Below the pieces are notes generated by a model that was given only the letters and a program-made list of their open reading frames with translations, did not search any database and was not told where the DNA came from. Both the position numbers and the translations under genes were made by a program. From assembly GCA_945872365.1 (NCBI GenBank), contig CAMBZJ010000003.1, positions 7,301 through 71,300 on the forward strand: DNA of 64,000 nucleotides, in the 5' to 3' direction. The stretch comes from Klebsiella pneumoniae (lineage in GTDB: Bacteria; Desulfobacterota; Binatia; UBA12015). Below are positions 34,893 through 43,762 of the stretch, piece after piece. How positions within the stretch are numbered: position 1 is the stretch's first letter; each line of letters starts with the position of its first letter.

Positions 34893-36127
34893 GTCGGACG
34901 AAACGCGGCGCGGGCGAACCGGCCGGCGGCCTCACCCCGGGCGACTGGCTCGGCGAGACGCGGGTGCTGGTCTGCCTCGGCTCGGGTGGCGTGGGCAAGA
35001 CCACCACGGCGGCGGCGCTGGCGATCGCGGCCGCCATGGCGGGCCGCCGCACGGCCGTCCTGACAGTCGACCCGGCGGCCCGACTGAAGGATGCGCTCGA
35101 ACTTCCCGACCGCCCCGGAGTTCTCCACCCGGTGCCGTTGCCGGCCACGGCGCGCGGCTCGCTCGACGCCGTACTGCTCGATGCGAAGGGATTGTTCGAC
35201 AACCTCGTGCGGCGCCTCGCGACCGACGCCGCCCTCGCCGAGCGGATCGTGCGCAACCCGGTCTATCGCAACGTGGCCGGGGCCTTCGCCGGCTCCGACG
35301 CCTACATGGCCCTCGAACAGGTGCTCGACCTCGCCCGGAGTCCGGAGCACGACCTGGTGGTCGTCGACACGCCGCCGGCGAGCCATGCGCTCGAACTCTT
35401 CGATGCGCCCCAGAAGATCCTCGCCCTGCTTCAGTCGCGGGCACTCGAGTACCTCGAGGAACCCGGCCGGATCCTCGGCAACGCGACCTCGCGGCTCGCG
35501 CGCGGCCTGCTCGCCGGCGTCGTCGCGGCCCTCGAGCGACTCACCGGTCTCACGCTCATGCGCGACCTCTCCTCGCTCGCCTCGGACTTCTCGGAGGTGG
35601 CGCCGCGCTTTCGCGACCGGGCCGCCGCGATCCGCGACCTCCTGCACGCGCCGACGACGCGCTACGCGCTCGTGGCCGCGCCCGACCCGCACGCGGCCGA
35701 CGACGTCCTCGCCTTCGCGGGCGAGGTCGATCGGCTCGGCATCCGCTGCGACGCCGTCGTCCTGAATCGCATGTTCTCGCTCGACGCCACGCCGCCGGCC
35801 GTACGCCCGCCCGGGCGGCGGCGTGCGTCGACGGCAGGCGAAGAGTGGCCGCCCGGGATCTCGCGGCGCGTCGCCGAGTGCGCCCGCAACCTAGAGACGA
35901 TCGCCGAGGGCCAGCGGCGCGTGGTGGATCGCCTGCGCGACGGCCTTGACGACCTCGACCTGCGGCGCGGCGGCACGGCGCCGCGGCACTGGCTCGAGCT
36001 TCCGGCGCTGCGACCGGCTCCCGTCACGCTGGCCGAGATCACCGGGCTCGCCCTGCGCCTCGGCGCCGACCTGCGACCCAACGATCCCGCCGGCGGAGGG
36101 GCGAAGCGCCGTCGGCCCGCCGGGTGA
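34889..36127 (+). CDS. ArsA/Get3-family P-loop ATPase, second half-size paralogue with a C-terminal extension
   Basis: The ATG at 34889 overlaps the upstream stop as ATGA. The product has Walker A LGSGGVGKTT and a DTPPASH motif. The upstream 130 aa of the tracked ORF is in the other gene's territory. Confidence 0.75.
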   Translation: MSRTKRGAGEPAGGLTPGDWLGETRVLVCLGSGGVGKTTTAAALAIAAAMAGRRTAVLTVDPAARLKDALELPDRPGVLHPVPLPATARGSLDAVLLDAKGLFDNLVRRLATDAALAERIVRNPVYRNVAGAFAGSDAYMALEQVLDLARSPEHDLVVVDTPPASHALELFDAPQKILALLQSRALEYLEEPGRILGNATSRLARGLLAGVVAALERLTGLTLMRDLSSLASDFSEVAPRFRDRAAAIRDLLHAPTTRYALVAAPDPHAADDVLAFAGEVDRLGIRCDAVVLNRMFSLDATPPAVRPPGRRRASTAGEEWPPGISRRVAECARNLETIAEGQRRVVDRLRDGLDDLDLRRGGTAPRHWLELPALRPAPVTLAEITGLALRLGADLRPNDPAGGGAKRRRPAG

Positions 36128-36131
36128 CCGC

Positions 36132-36524
36132 TCAGCGACGCGGCTTGGGCGTGGCGCGCGCGACCTGGCGGGGCCGGCGGCGGGGCGCCGCGCGGTCCGC
36201 GCCCGTCGCCTGCGGGGCCGGCGTGTTGGCCGCGATCAGGCGGTCGAGCTTGATGTTCAGGTTGACCAGGCTGCCCTGGAGCGCCTCGACCTTGGCATTC
36301 AACGCCGAGAGGTCCTGGCGGCTCGGGACGTTCAAGGTCGAGAGCAGCACCTGCATGTTGCGGTCGACCGTACCCTTCGTGCGCGCCGCCCGGTTGAGCG
36401 TGGCGCCCAGCGCCTCGGCGACCTGGGGGCTCGACAGGAGGTCGCCCAGCAGGCTGCCCATCCGATCCTCGCCCACGCCCAGCAGGCGCTGCCAGAGACT
36501 GTCCGCTGCCCTGCCTTTCGACAT
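36132..36524 (-). CDS. phasin-family (PHA-granule-associated, PhaF/PhaI N-domain-like) protein
   Basis: The motif ...LSTLNVPSRQDLSALNAKVEALQGSLVNLNIKLDRL is phasin-like. The product has a basic Pro-rich tail and is 130 aa. Confidence 0.6.
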   Translation of the reverse strand: MSKGRAADSLWQRLLGVGEDRMGSLLGDLLSSPQVAEALGATLNRAARTKGTVDRNMQVLLSTLNVPSRQDLSALNAKVEALQGSLVNLNIKLDRLIAANTPAPQATGADRAAPRRRPRQVARATPKPRR

Positions 36525-36605
36525 GATCGCTCCTCTCGAGGATCCATTCGCCCGACGGTCGGCCTTGCACTACAGTCGCGCCATGGGGTGGTCAAGGTGA
36601 GTGCG

Positions 36606-36842
36606 GTGACGAACTTGCTCGGCTGGTTGAGCGGGCTGCTCTTCGTCGCCCCGCAGTTGCGCGACGAGCCCACGGTGCTCGCCGCGACCGCGATCACCAT
36701 GCAGATCACCTACGGCATCACCCTGCACTTCTTCGCGGCCATGACCGGCCGCGACCGACGCCTCTGGGGACTGGCCGGACTCTTCGGCGGCATCCCGGCG
36801 GTGGCAGCACTGCTCCTGCTCATGGAGACGTCGCCGGACTGA
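36606..36842 (+). CDS. small hypothetical two-TM membrane protein
   Basis: A GTG follows AAGGTGAG. The product is hydrophobic (LLGWLSGLLFVAPQL...GLAGLFGGIPAVAALLLLM). The call is weak. Confidence 0.3.
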   Translation: MTNLLGWLSGLLFVAPQLRDEPTVLAATAITMQITYGITLHFFAAMTGRDRRLWGLAGLFGGIPAVAALLLLMETSPD

Positions 36843-36864
36843 ACCCGCCCGTCGCCGCCGCGGC

Positions 36865-37248
36865 CTAGTCCTCGGCGACGACGAAGGCGATCGCCGTCCC
36901 CGCCGCATGGGAGAGCGACAGGCACCAGCGCCGCACGCCGCGGACCCGCGCGGTCCCAAGCGCCCGGCCGGTCAACTCGAGGCGCGGCGGCCCGTCGGGG
37001 TCGCGCACGACCTCGATGTCGAGCCATCCGGCACCCTGGCCCCAGCCCACACCGAGCGCCTTCATCACCGCCTCCTTGGCCGCGAAACGGGCGGCGTAGC
37101 TCTCCACGCGACCCCGCCCCCGACCCTCGCAATAGCGGCGCTCCCGCGGCGTGAATACGCGCTCTCGAAAGCGCTCGCCGTGCGCTCCCGCGGTCGCGCG
37201 CTCGATCCGCGCGATCTCGACCAGGTCCACTCCGGTCCCGAGCACCAT
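36865..37248 (-). CDS. acpS: holo-[acyl-carrier-protein] synthase (4'-phosphopantetheinyl transferase)
   Basis: The product starts MVLGTGVDLVEIARIE... and has the FTPRE...KEAVMKALG signature typical of AcpS. It is 127 aa. Confidence 0.85.
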   Translation of the reverse strand: MVLGTGVDLVEIARIERATAGAHGERFRERVFTPRERRYCEGRGRGRVESYAARFAAKEAVMKALGVGWGQGAGWLDIEVVRDPDGPPRLELTGRALGTARVRGVRRWCLSLSHAAGTAIAFVVAED

Positions 37249-37262
37249 TTGCGTAGCTCGGC

Positions 37263-38978
37263 TCAGCAGGCGCCGCACGAGGTGCAGGTCGCCACGTCGC
37301 AGGGGTGGGTCTCGCGCTCGAGCAGCGCCTTGCGCCATTCCGAGAGCAGAAAGCGCTTGTCGACGCCGTGGTCGATGAAGTCCCACGGCAGGCGCTCCGC
37401 CGCATCCCAGCGACGGTGGACGAAGTGGTCCGGGTCGGGCAGTCCGTCGGCGCCGCGTGCGCGACGCGCCCCCTGTACGACCGGCCAGAAGCGCCCGCCC
37501 TCGCGGTGCGCCGCGAAGATCAGCGTGGCCACCGAGCGATCGCCGCGCGAGAGCAGCGTCTGCCAGAACGCGTCGCGCGGCGACTCGAAGTCGACCGTCG
37601 CGCCGGGAATCCGGGAGGCGGCCGATTGCAGGAGCCGCGCGCGGTCCCGCAGGACCCGGAGGTCCTCCATCGGCTCCCACTGCAGGGGTGTCCAGGGCTT
37701 GGGCACGAACGGATTGATCGACAGCGTGATGCGCCCGACGCCGCCCGGCAGCCGGGCGCGGATCAAGGCGGCGAGATCCGCGATCGCCGTCACGTCGGCG
37801 TCGGTCTCGGTCGGAAGCCCGATCATCGAGTAGAGCTTGAGCGCGCGCACGCCGCTGCCGGCGAGCAGCGTCGCCGCGCGCAGGATCTCCTCCTCGGTCA
37901 GGTTCTTGTTGATCACCCGCCGCATGCGCTCGCTGCCCGCCTCGGGAGCGATCGTCACCGAGCGCGTCTCGCCGCTGCCGAGGGCCGCCGCGAGTTCGGG
38001 GCCGACCAGGTCGGCCTTGAGCGACGAGGGCGAGGCGCGGCCGCCGCGCCGGGCGATCTCGCTGCAGAGCGCCGCGATGCCCGGTTGGCTCGCCATCTCC
38101 GCGCCGACCAGGCCGACCGTCCTGCGCTGCGGAAGCGCCTCCTCGATGACCGTCCTGCGCAGCGACTCCTCGCTGCGGTGGCGCACCGGCCGGTACATGA
38201 AGCCCGCGGCGCAGAAGCGACAGCCCCACTCGCAGCCGCGGCTCGCCTCGACGACGAACATGTCGCCGAAGACCGCCTCGGGGGTGAGGATGCGGGTCTG
38301 GGTCGGCGCATCGTCGAGGCGCGCGACGTAGCGGCGACGCACCCGCGGTGCGGTATCGTCCCCGGGGGTGCGACGATCCGGCAGGTAGGCGCCCCCGACG
38401 TCGGCCGAGGCCTCGAGCATCCCCGGTCGACCGACCGAGCGGCCGCCGCAGGCCCGCACCGCGCGGAGCCAGTCGACGAGCATCTCCTCGGCTTCGCCGA
38501 TCAGGAACAGGTCGACGAAGGGCGCGATCGGCTCGGGGTTCAGGAAGGTCGCCGGACCACCCGCCATGACGAGCGGTGCGCGCTCGTCGCGTCCGGCGCG
38601 CCAGGGGTCGAGTCCGGCGCCGGCCAGGAGGTCGACCAGGTGGACGTAGTCGGACTCGAAGGAGATCGAGAAGGCGAGCACGTCGAACGAGGAGAGCGGG
38701 CGCCCGCTCTCGAGCGAACGCGCCCGCCGGGACGCTCCCGCATCCGGCAGGAACGCTCTTTCGACCGAGACGCCGTGGGCGGCGAGGATCGAGTAGACGG
38801 CCTGAAAGCCCAGGTTCGCCATCCCGACCGGGTAGACGTTCGGGTAGACGAGGCACACGTCGAGGTCGCCGCCGTGCACCGGACGCGGCCCCAGGTGCAC
38901 CTCGCGGGCAAGACGGTCGCGATCCGACGGAACCAACGGCACGACCAAAGGAGTAGCCCCGCTGGCCGCGGCCGACAA
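37263..38978 (-). CDS. B12-binding-domain radical SAM protein (class B rSAM)
   Basis: The N-terminal cobalamin-binding-like domain (CLVYPNVYPVGMANLGFQAVYSIL) is followed by the radical-SAM cluster motif CEWGCRFC. The C-terminus is Cys-rich (HPCDVATCTSCGAC). Confidence 0.8.
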   Translation of the reverse strand: MSAAASGATPLVVPLVPSDRDRLAREVHLGPRPVHGGDLDVCLVYPNVYPVGMANLGFQAVYSILAAHGVSVERAFLPDAGASRRARSLESGRPLSSFDVLAFSISFESDYVHLVDLLAGAGLDPWRAGRDERAPLVMAGGPATFLNPEPIAPFVDLFLIGEAEEMLVDWLRAVRACGGRSVGRPGMLEASADVGGAYLPDRRTPGDDTAPRVRRRYVARLDDAPTQTRILTPEAVFGDMFVVEASRGCEWGCRFCAAGFMYRPVRHRSEESLRRTVIEEALPQRRTVGLVGAEMASQPGIAALCSEIARRGGRASPSSLKADLVGPELAAALGSGETRSVTIAPEAGSERMRRVINKNLTEEEILRAATLLAGSGVRALKLYSMIGLPTETDADVTAIADLAALIRARLPGGVGRITLSINPFVPKPWTPLQWEPMEDLRVLRDRARLLQSAASRIPGATVDFESPRDAFWQTLLSRGDRSVATLIFAAHREGGRFWPVVQGARRARGADGLPDPDHFVHRRWDAAERLPWDFIDHGVDKRFLLSEWRKALLERETHPCDVATCTSCGAC

Positions 38979-38990
38979 GGCCGGTCGAAA

Positions 38991-39446
38991 CTAGAAACTC
39001 CCGCGGAACGTGAGGTCGGAGTAGGCGACGAAGGGATTCCAGTGCCAGCGGCCCGAGGCGAGTCCGAACAGCGCCGAGACGACCGGGAAGCCGATCGCCA
39101 CATCGCGCAGGGCGACCACCTCGCGGTCGAGCGGAAAGCGGGGCCCGCGCCCGATCGCGATGCGGACGATCACCGGGTCGCTCAGGCCACCGGCCACCTC
39201 CACCGACGCCACGTCGAAGTCGTCGCAACCCTCGAAGGCCTCCGCCATGGCCGCGACCGACGGCGCCGACCGGGGCTGCCCCAACTCGTGACGGCAGTAT
39301 TCCCGGACCGCGCGCCTCAGCGCCTCGCGGTCCGCGCGCACCGAGTGCGCGAGCAGTCGCTGCCAGAGCAGCAGGATCGCGACCGCCAGGACGAGGGCGC
39401 GCAGCAGGCGCAGCACCCGTCGCCGCGGGACGGGCGCGTCACGCAA
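38991..39446 (-). CDS. hypothetical membrane-anchored protein, first gene of the rSAM/acpS operon
   Basis: The product has an N-terminal TM (LLRALVLAVAILLLW) and ends in Phe. It has no recognisable domain. Its position is consistent with the rSAM/acpS operon. Confidence 0.4.
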   Translation of the reverse strand: MRDAPVPRRRVLRLLRALVLAVAILLLWQRLLAHSVRADREALRRAVREYCRHELGQPRSAPSVAAMAEAFEGCDDFDVASVEVAGGLSDPVIVRIAIGRGPRFPLDREVVALRDVAIGFPVVSALFGLASGRWHWNPFVAYSDLTFRGSF

Positions 39447-39470
39447 GGCCGCACCGGCCGGAGAGCGCTC

Positions 39471-40379
39471 TCACTTCTTCTCAGCCATGAGCGTGCGCCG
39501 CGCCCCGGCGAGTTCCTTGCGCTTGGCGTCGTCCACCTCCGGGTAGCGCAGGTCGAGCGAGGCCAACGCGTCGATCACGACCGCGGCGACCACGACGCGG
39601 GTGAACCACTTGTTGTCGGCCGGAACGACGAACCACGGCGACTCGGGCGTCGCCGTCGCTCGAATCGCCTCTTCGTAGGCGGCCATGTACTCCTTCCAGA
39701 GGCCGCGCTCCCGGACGTCGGCGCTCTCGAACTTCCAGTTCTTCTCCGGGAGGTCGATGCGCTCGAGAAAGCGCTTCTTCTGCTCCGCGCGCGAGACATT
39801 CAGGAAGATCTTGCGCACCAGGATGCCGTTGCGATCGAGGTAGCGCTCGTAGGCGCGGAGGTCCTCGAAGCGTTCCTTCCAGACGTTGCGCGACAGGCGC
39901 GTCGCGGGCAGTCGCTGGCGGGCGAGGAGGTCCTCGTGAACCCGCACCACGAGGACCTCCTCGTAGTAGGAGCGGTTGAAGATGCCGATACGCCCCCGCT
40001 CCGGGAGCTGCTTGTTGCAGCGCCAGAGGAAGTCGTGGTCGAGTTCCTCGTTCGAGGGGGCCTTGAAGGCGGCGACCTGGCAGCCCTGCGGGTTGACGCC
40101 CGACATGACGTGCTTGATCGCACCGTCCTTTCCGGCGGCGTCCATCGCCTGGAAGATCAGGAGCACGCCCCAGCGATTCTGCGCGTAGAGCTTGTCCTGC
40201 AGTTCCCGCATGGCGTCGATGCCGCGCTGAAGGGCCTCCTTCGCGCGCGGCTTGTCCTCCCGCTGAAGCGAGCCGGTATCGCCGGGATCGAAGTTCTCGA
40301 GCCGGAAGCGCTTGCCCGCCGTGACGCGGTAGGGGGCGGCGAACTTCCTGGCGATGGCGGCGATGTCCTCGATTTTCAT
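39471..40379 (-). CDS. ppk2: polyphosphate kinase 2 (PPK2, single-domain)
   Basis: The product has Walker A FQAMDAAGKDG and PPK2 lid/Walker B motifs (DRSYYE-like NRSYYEEV, ...KIFLNVS...). Confidence 0.9.
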   Translation of the reverse strand: MKIEDIAAIARKFAAPYRVTAGKRFRLENFDPGDTGSLQREDKPRAKEALQRGIDAMRELQDKLYAQNRWGVLLIFQAMDAAGKDGAIKHVMSGVNPQGCQVAAFKAPSNEELDHDFLWRCNKQLPERGRIGIFNRSYYEEVLVVRVHEDLLARQRLPATRLSRNVWKERFEDLRAYERYLDRNGILVRKIFLNVSRAEQKKRFLERIDLPEKNWKFESADVRERGLWKEYMAAYEEAIRATATPESPWFVVPADNKWFTRVVVAAVVIDALASLDLRYPEVDDAKRKELAGARRTLMAEKK

Positions 40380-40631
40380 CCTGGCTCCCTCCGGTCGTGC
40401 AGGCCCGTCGGCGACCGGACATGGTCGCGGGCGGCGACCCCGTCATGCCCGAGGAAGCACCGCGCCGGCAACCGACGGCCAACCGACGGGCCGTGTGGCC
40501 GGTCCGGCCTGGGGCACCCGCGTGCCCGGGCGCGCGCTGGCATTCGAGCCGACCGACGGACTAGGGTGCCAGGGGCCGAGCGGTTCCGCCGCCGACGCGG
40601 CAACGACGCGGCCCGTCACGAGAACGATCCC

Positions 40632-42569
40632 ATGGGCACCCCCGTCCGTCCGGCGCACCAACCGATCACCGAGAGCGACGAGTTCATCGCCACGGCCCTG
40701 CGCAGCGCGAGCCTCCCCACCCTGATCGCGTCGCTCGTGCACGTGACCGGGGATCCGGCCCTGCTCCGCGGCCCGATCCGTCCCGGTCGGGCGGTGACGG
40801 GGGATTCCCAGGGCTCGTTCGACGAGGCGGCGAAGCAGGACGTGCGCCGGATCGCGCTCGAAGCCCTGCGCGCCTACCGCGACCGGGGCTGTACGCTGCC
40901 CCCGCCCCCGTCCGACGCGACCATCCGCGAGATGATGTCGTTCGTCGTGGGCGAAGACGTCCCCGAGGACTACGTCCCGATGATGCTCGAGGAGATGGCG
41001 CTCGACGGACGCGATGCCCGCGAGGTGCCGCTCGGCGTGGGCGTGCCCGGGGAGCGCAAGCGCGCCTTCCGCGTCCTCATCGTGGGAGCGGGGATGTCCG
41101 GCCTGCTCATGGCGATGCGACTCGGCGAGGCGGGCATCCCCCACGTGATCGTCGAGAAGAACGACGGCATCGGCGGCACCTGGTTCGAGAACACCTACCC
41201 GGGATGCCGGGTCGACGTGGCGAACCACTTCTACTGCTACTCCTTCGAGCCCAACCCGGACTGGAGCGAGTTCTTCTGCCGCCAGCCCGAGTTGCGCGCC
41301 TACTTCGAGGGCTGCGCCGACCGCCGCGGCCTCCGTCCGCACCTGCGGCTGCGCACCGAGGTCGTCTCCGCCAACTGGGACGACGCCGCCGCCCTCTGGC
41401 GCGTCGTCGTGCGCGGCCGCGACGGAGGCGAGGAAACGCTCGAGGCCAACGCGATCGTGAGCGCGGTCGGGCAGCTCAATCAGCCGAAGATCCCCGGATT
41501 CCCCGGCCTCGACGGATTCGCCGGACCCGCGTTTCATACCGCCGCATGGCGCCACGACTGCGATCTCCGGGGGCGGCGCGTCGCCGTCGTCGGCACCGGC
41601 GCCACCGCCCTACAGCTTGTCCCCGAACTCGCGCCGTCGGCCGCGCGGCTGCTCGTGTTCCAGCGCTCGCCCGCGTGGATGAGACCGAACCCGAATTATC
41701 ACCGCCGGGTGAGCGAGGGCATGAAGTGGCTACTGCGCCACATGCCCTACTACGGCCGCTGGTACCGGTTTCTCTGCTTCTGGCCGGGGTCGGACGGCTT
41801 GATGCCCTCGCTCGAGATCGACCCCGCATGGCCCCATCCCGAGCGCGCGGTGAACGCGGCGAACGACGCGATGCGCGAGTTCTTCACCGAGTACCTACGG
41901 GCACAGGTCGGCGACGATCCCGAACTCTTCGCGAAAGTGCTGCCTACCTACCCCCCTTTCGGCAAGCGCATGCTGCAGGACGACGGCCGCTGGCTCGCGA
42001 CGCTCAGGCGTCCGAACGTCGAACTCGTGACCACGGCGATCCGCGAGGTGACGCGCGACGCGATCTTCTGCGCGGACGGAACCCGCCACGAGGTGGACGC
42101 GATCGTCTTCGCGACCGGCTTCCACGCGACGCGTTTCCTCTTGCCGATGGAGATCACGGGTCGCCACGGCGTGCGCCTCGGCGCGCTCTGGGGCGACGAT
42201 CCCAGGGCGCACCTCGGCATCACGGTTCCCGGCTTTCCGAATCTCTTCTGCCTCTACGGACCGGGCACGAACCTCGCGCATGCCGGCAGCATCGTCTTCC
42301 ACTCGGAATGCCAGGTGCGCTACGTGAGCGGCTGCCTGCAGACGCTTCTCCAAAGCGGTGCCGGGGCGCTCGAATGCCGCGCGGAGGCCTGCGACGACTG
42401 GAACCGCCGCCTCGACGAGCGCATGGGCCGGACGGTGTGGTCCCACCCGGGAATGACGAGCTGGTACAAGAATTCCCGCGGGCGGGTGGTCACGACCTCC
42501 CCCTTCCGCCTGCTCGACTACTGGCGCTGGACCCGCCGGCCCGACCCCGCGGACTTCCGGCTTCGCTAG
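40632..42569 (+). CDS. type I Baeyer-Villiger / flavin-containing monooxygenase
   Basis: The internal ATG at 40632 gives MGTPVRP... The product has FAD GxGxxG (VLIVGAGMSGL), the BVMO fingerprint FAGPAFHTAAWRHD (FxGxxxHxxxW[P/D]) and NADP GxGxxA (VAVVGTGATA). The upstream 1100 aa of the giant tracked ORF is antisense shadow of the rSAM/PPK2 genes. Confidence 0.85.
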   Translation: MGTPVRPAHQPITESDEFIATALRSASLPTLIASLVHVTGDPALLRGPIRPGRAVTGDSQGSFDEAAKQDVRRIALEALRAYRDRGCTLPPPPSDATIREMMSFVVGEDVPEDYVPMMLEEMALDGRDAREVPLGVGVPGERKRAFRVLIVGAGMSGLLMAMRLGEAGIPHVIVEKNDGIGGTWFENTYPGCRVDVANHFYCYSFEPNPDWSEFFCRQPELRAYFEGCADRRGLRPHLRLRTEVVSANWDDAAALWRVVVRGRDGGEETLEANAIVSAVGQLNQPKIPGFPGLDGFAGPAFHTAAWRHDCDLRGRRVAVVGTGATALQLVPELAPSAARLLVFQRSPAWMRPNPNYHRRVSEGMKWLLRHMPYYGRWYRFLCFWPGSDGLMPSLEIDPAWPHPERAVNAANDAMREFFTEYLRAQVGDDPELFAKVLPTYPPFGKRMLQDDGRWLATLRRPNVELVTTAIREVTRDAIFCADGTRHEVDAIVFATGFHATRFLLPMEITGRHGVRLGALWGDDPRAHLGITVPGFPNLFCLYGPGTNLAHAGSIVFHSECQVRYVSGCLQTLLQSGAGALECRAEACDDWNRRLDERMGRTVWSHPGMTSWYKNSRGRVVTTSPFRLLDYWRWTRRPDPADFRLR

Positions 42570-42868
42570 GCTAGGTGTTGCGACCGGGCCAGACGGAACG
42601 GCAGGCGGTGAACACGCACCGAGCCCGCGCCACGAGGCCCTCCGTCACCGCTGGCAGCACCAGCGGCACCGAGGGCCGGAGTCCCGGGACCGACTGTCGA
42701 GCAGGAAGGGTCCGCAGACCCCCGAGCAGGCGGCGGCTGGTGCCAGCCTCCAGCCGGCCCATGATCGGGACGGCCGCCGGCCACGCCGCATCGGCCCCGG
42801 CCGGTTTTTCCTCGCCGCCACAGTTTCCCTCTTGCGCGGGTAGAAAAAAGGGGATAGTTCCCATTTTC

Positions 42869-43309
42869 ATGGAGAGATTCAGCAGACACGGGGACGAGGG
42901 AAGGGCCTGGAGCCCGATCCTCCCGGAACAGCTCCTGGGTTCCAGCGGGGAAGGCCACCCCATGCGCGGGGTGCGGGCCCTCATGATCGCGGTGCTCGAA
43001 AACGCCATCGCCTGCATGGAGGCGTCGCGACGCTCCCGCAACGTGAAGATGCGGCTGCGGGGCGCCCACGCCGAGTGCTGGATGCGTTCGAACGACACGT
43101 CCTACGCGTTCACCTTCCAGAGCATCTGTGATGCGCTGTCGCTCGACGGGGACATGGTGCGTCGCCGGATCTTCGCACGACTCGAGTCGGGGGAACGGGT
43201 CGGTCCCCGGCCGCCGAGTGCGCGGCGGATCGCCACGATGATCTCCAAGCTGACCACGCCCCGCAAGCGCATCCGCCCCTCGCGCCGCAAGGAGCGGCGG
43301 GTCGCGTGA
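42869..43309 (+). CDS. hypothetical small basic protein
   Basis: The ATG at 42869 sits directly after an unusually AT-rich island (tagaaaaaaggggatagttcccattttc) in otherwise ~70% GC DNA. The product is 146 aa with an Arg/Lys-rich C-terminal tail. Confidence 0.4.
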   Translation: MERFSRHGDEGRAWSPILPEQLLGSSGEGHPMRGVRALMIAVLENAIACMEASRRSRNVKMRLRGAHAECWMRSNDTSYAFTFQSICDALSLDGDMVRRRIFARLESGERVGPRPPSARRIATMISKLTTPRKRIRPSRRKERRVA

Positions 43310-43762
43310 TCTCTTTCTGGACATCTACGGCTCCGGACCGCCGCGCGGCAGGATGGAGCGAACCGGCCGGGCGCGCCGCGGCCGCCGCGGGTGGGGCCGC
43401 GGTCGGACGCAGTGCGCTCCGGCGGGTCGCGACCGGTCGCCCGCCCGGAGCCGATGAACGCGCGCGAAACCCTCGGCACCCGCACCCGCGCGTGCGCTTC
43501 ACCTCCCGTCGAGGGTTCTCGCCCCTCTGCGGCGGCGCCGTTGGCGTCGCCGCGGAGGGGCGGGAGGTTTCCGCCGAGTGACGTCATCCCCCATCCGTCA
43601 CTCGGTTCGTTCCGCAACGGGCGGAACGGGAGCCGGCCGGCCGGCGTCGCGGGTCGCGCTTCCCCCATCGGGGGCAGCCCGGACGTCGGCCGGACCGGCT
43701 CGTCGGAACACGTGGCGAGCCGGTCCGGGAACCTGATAACGGACGTTACGACGGTCAATCCC

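Noticed and set aside
37305-40631. N-terminal ~1100 aa of the 1754-aa plus-strand ORF
   Set aside because: Only the last 645 aa (from the ATG at 40632) form a coherent BVMO. The upstream part is antisense to acpS, the rSAM and PPK2 and translates to Arg/Asp/Glu-rich nonsense.
42570-42868. Possible sigma-54 (-24/-12) promoter near ctggcagcaccagcggcac
   Set aside because: The spacing and the -12 TTGC element do not fit the TGGCAC-N5-TTGCW consensus.
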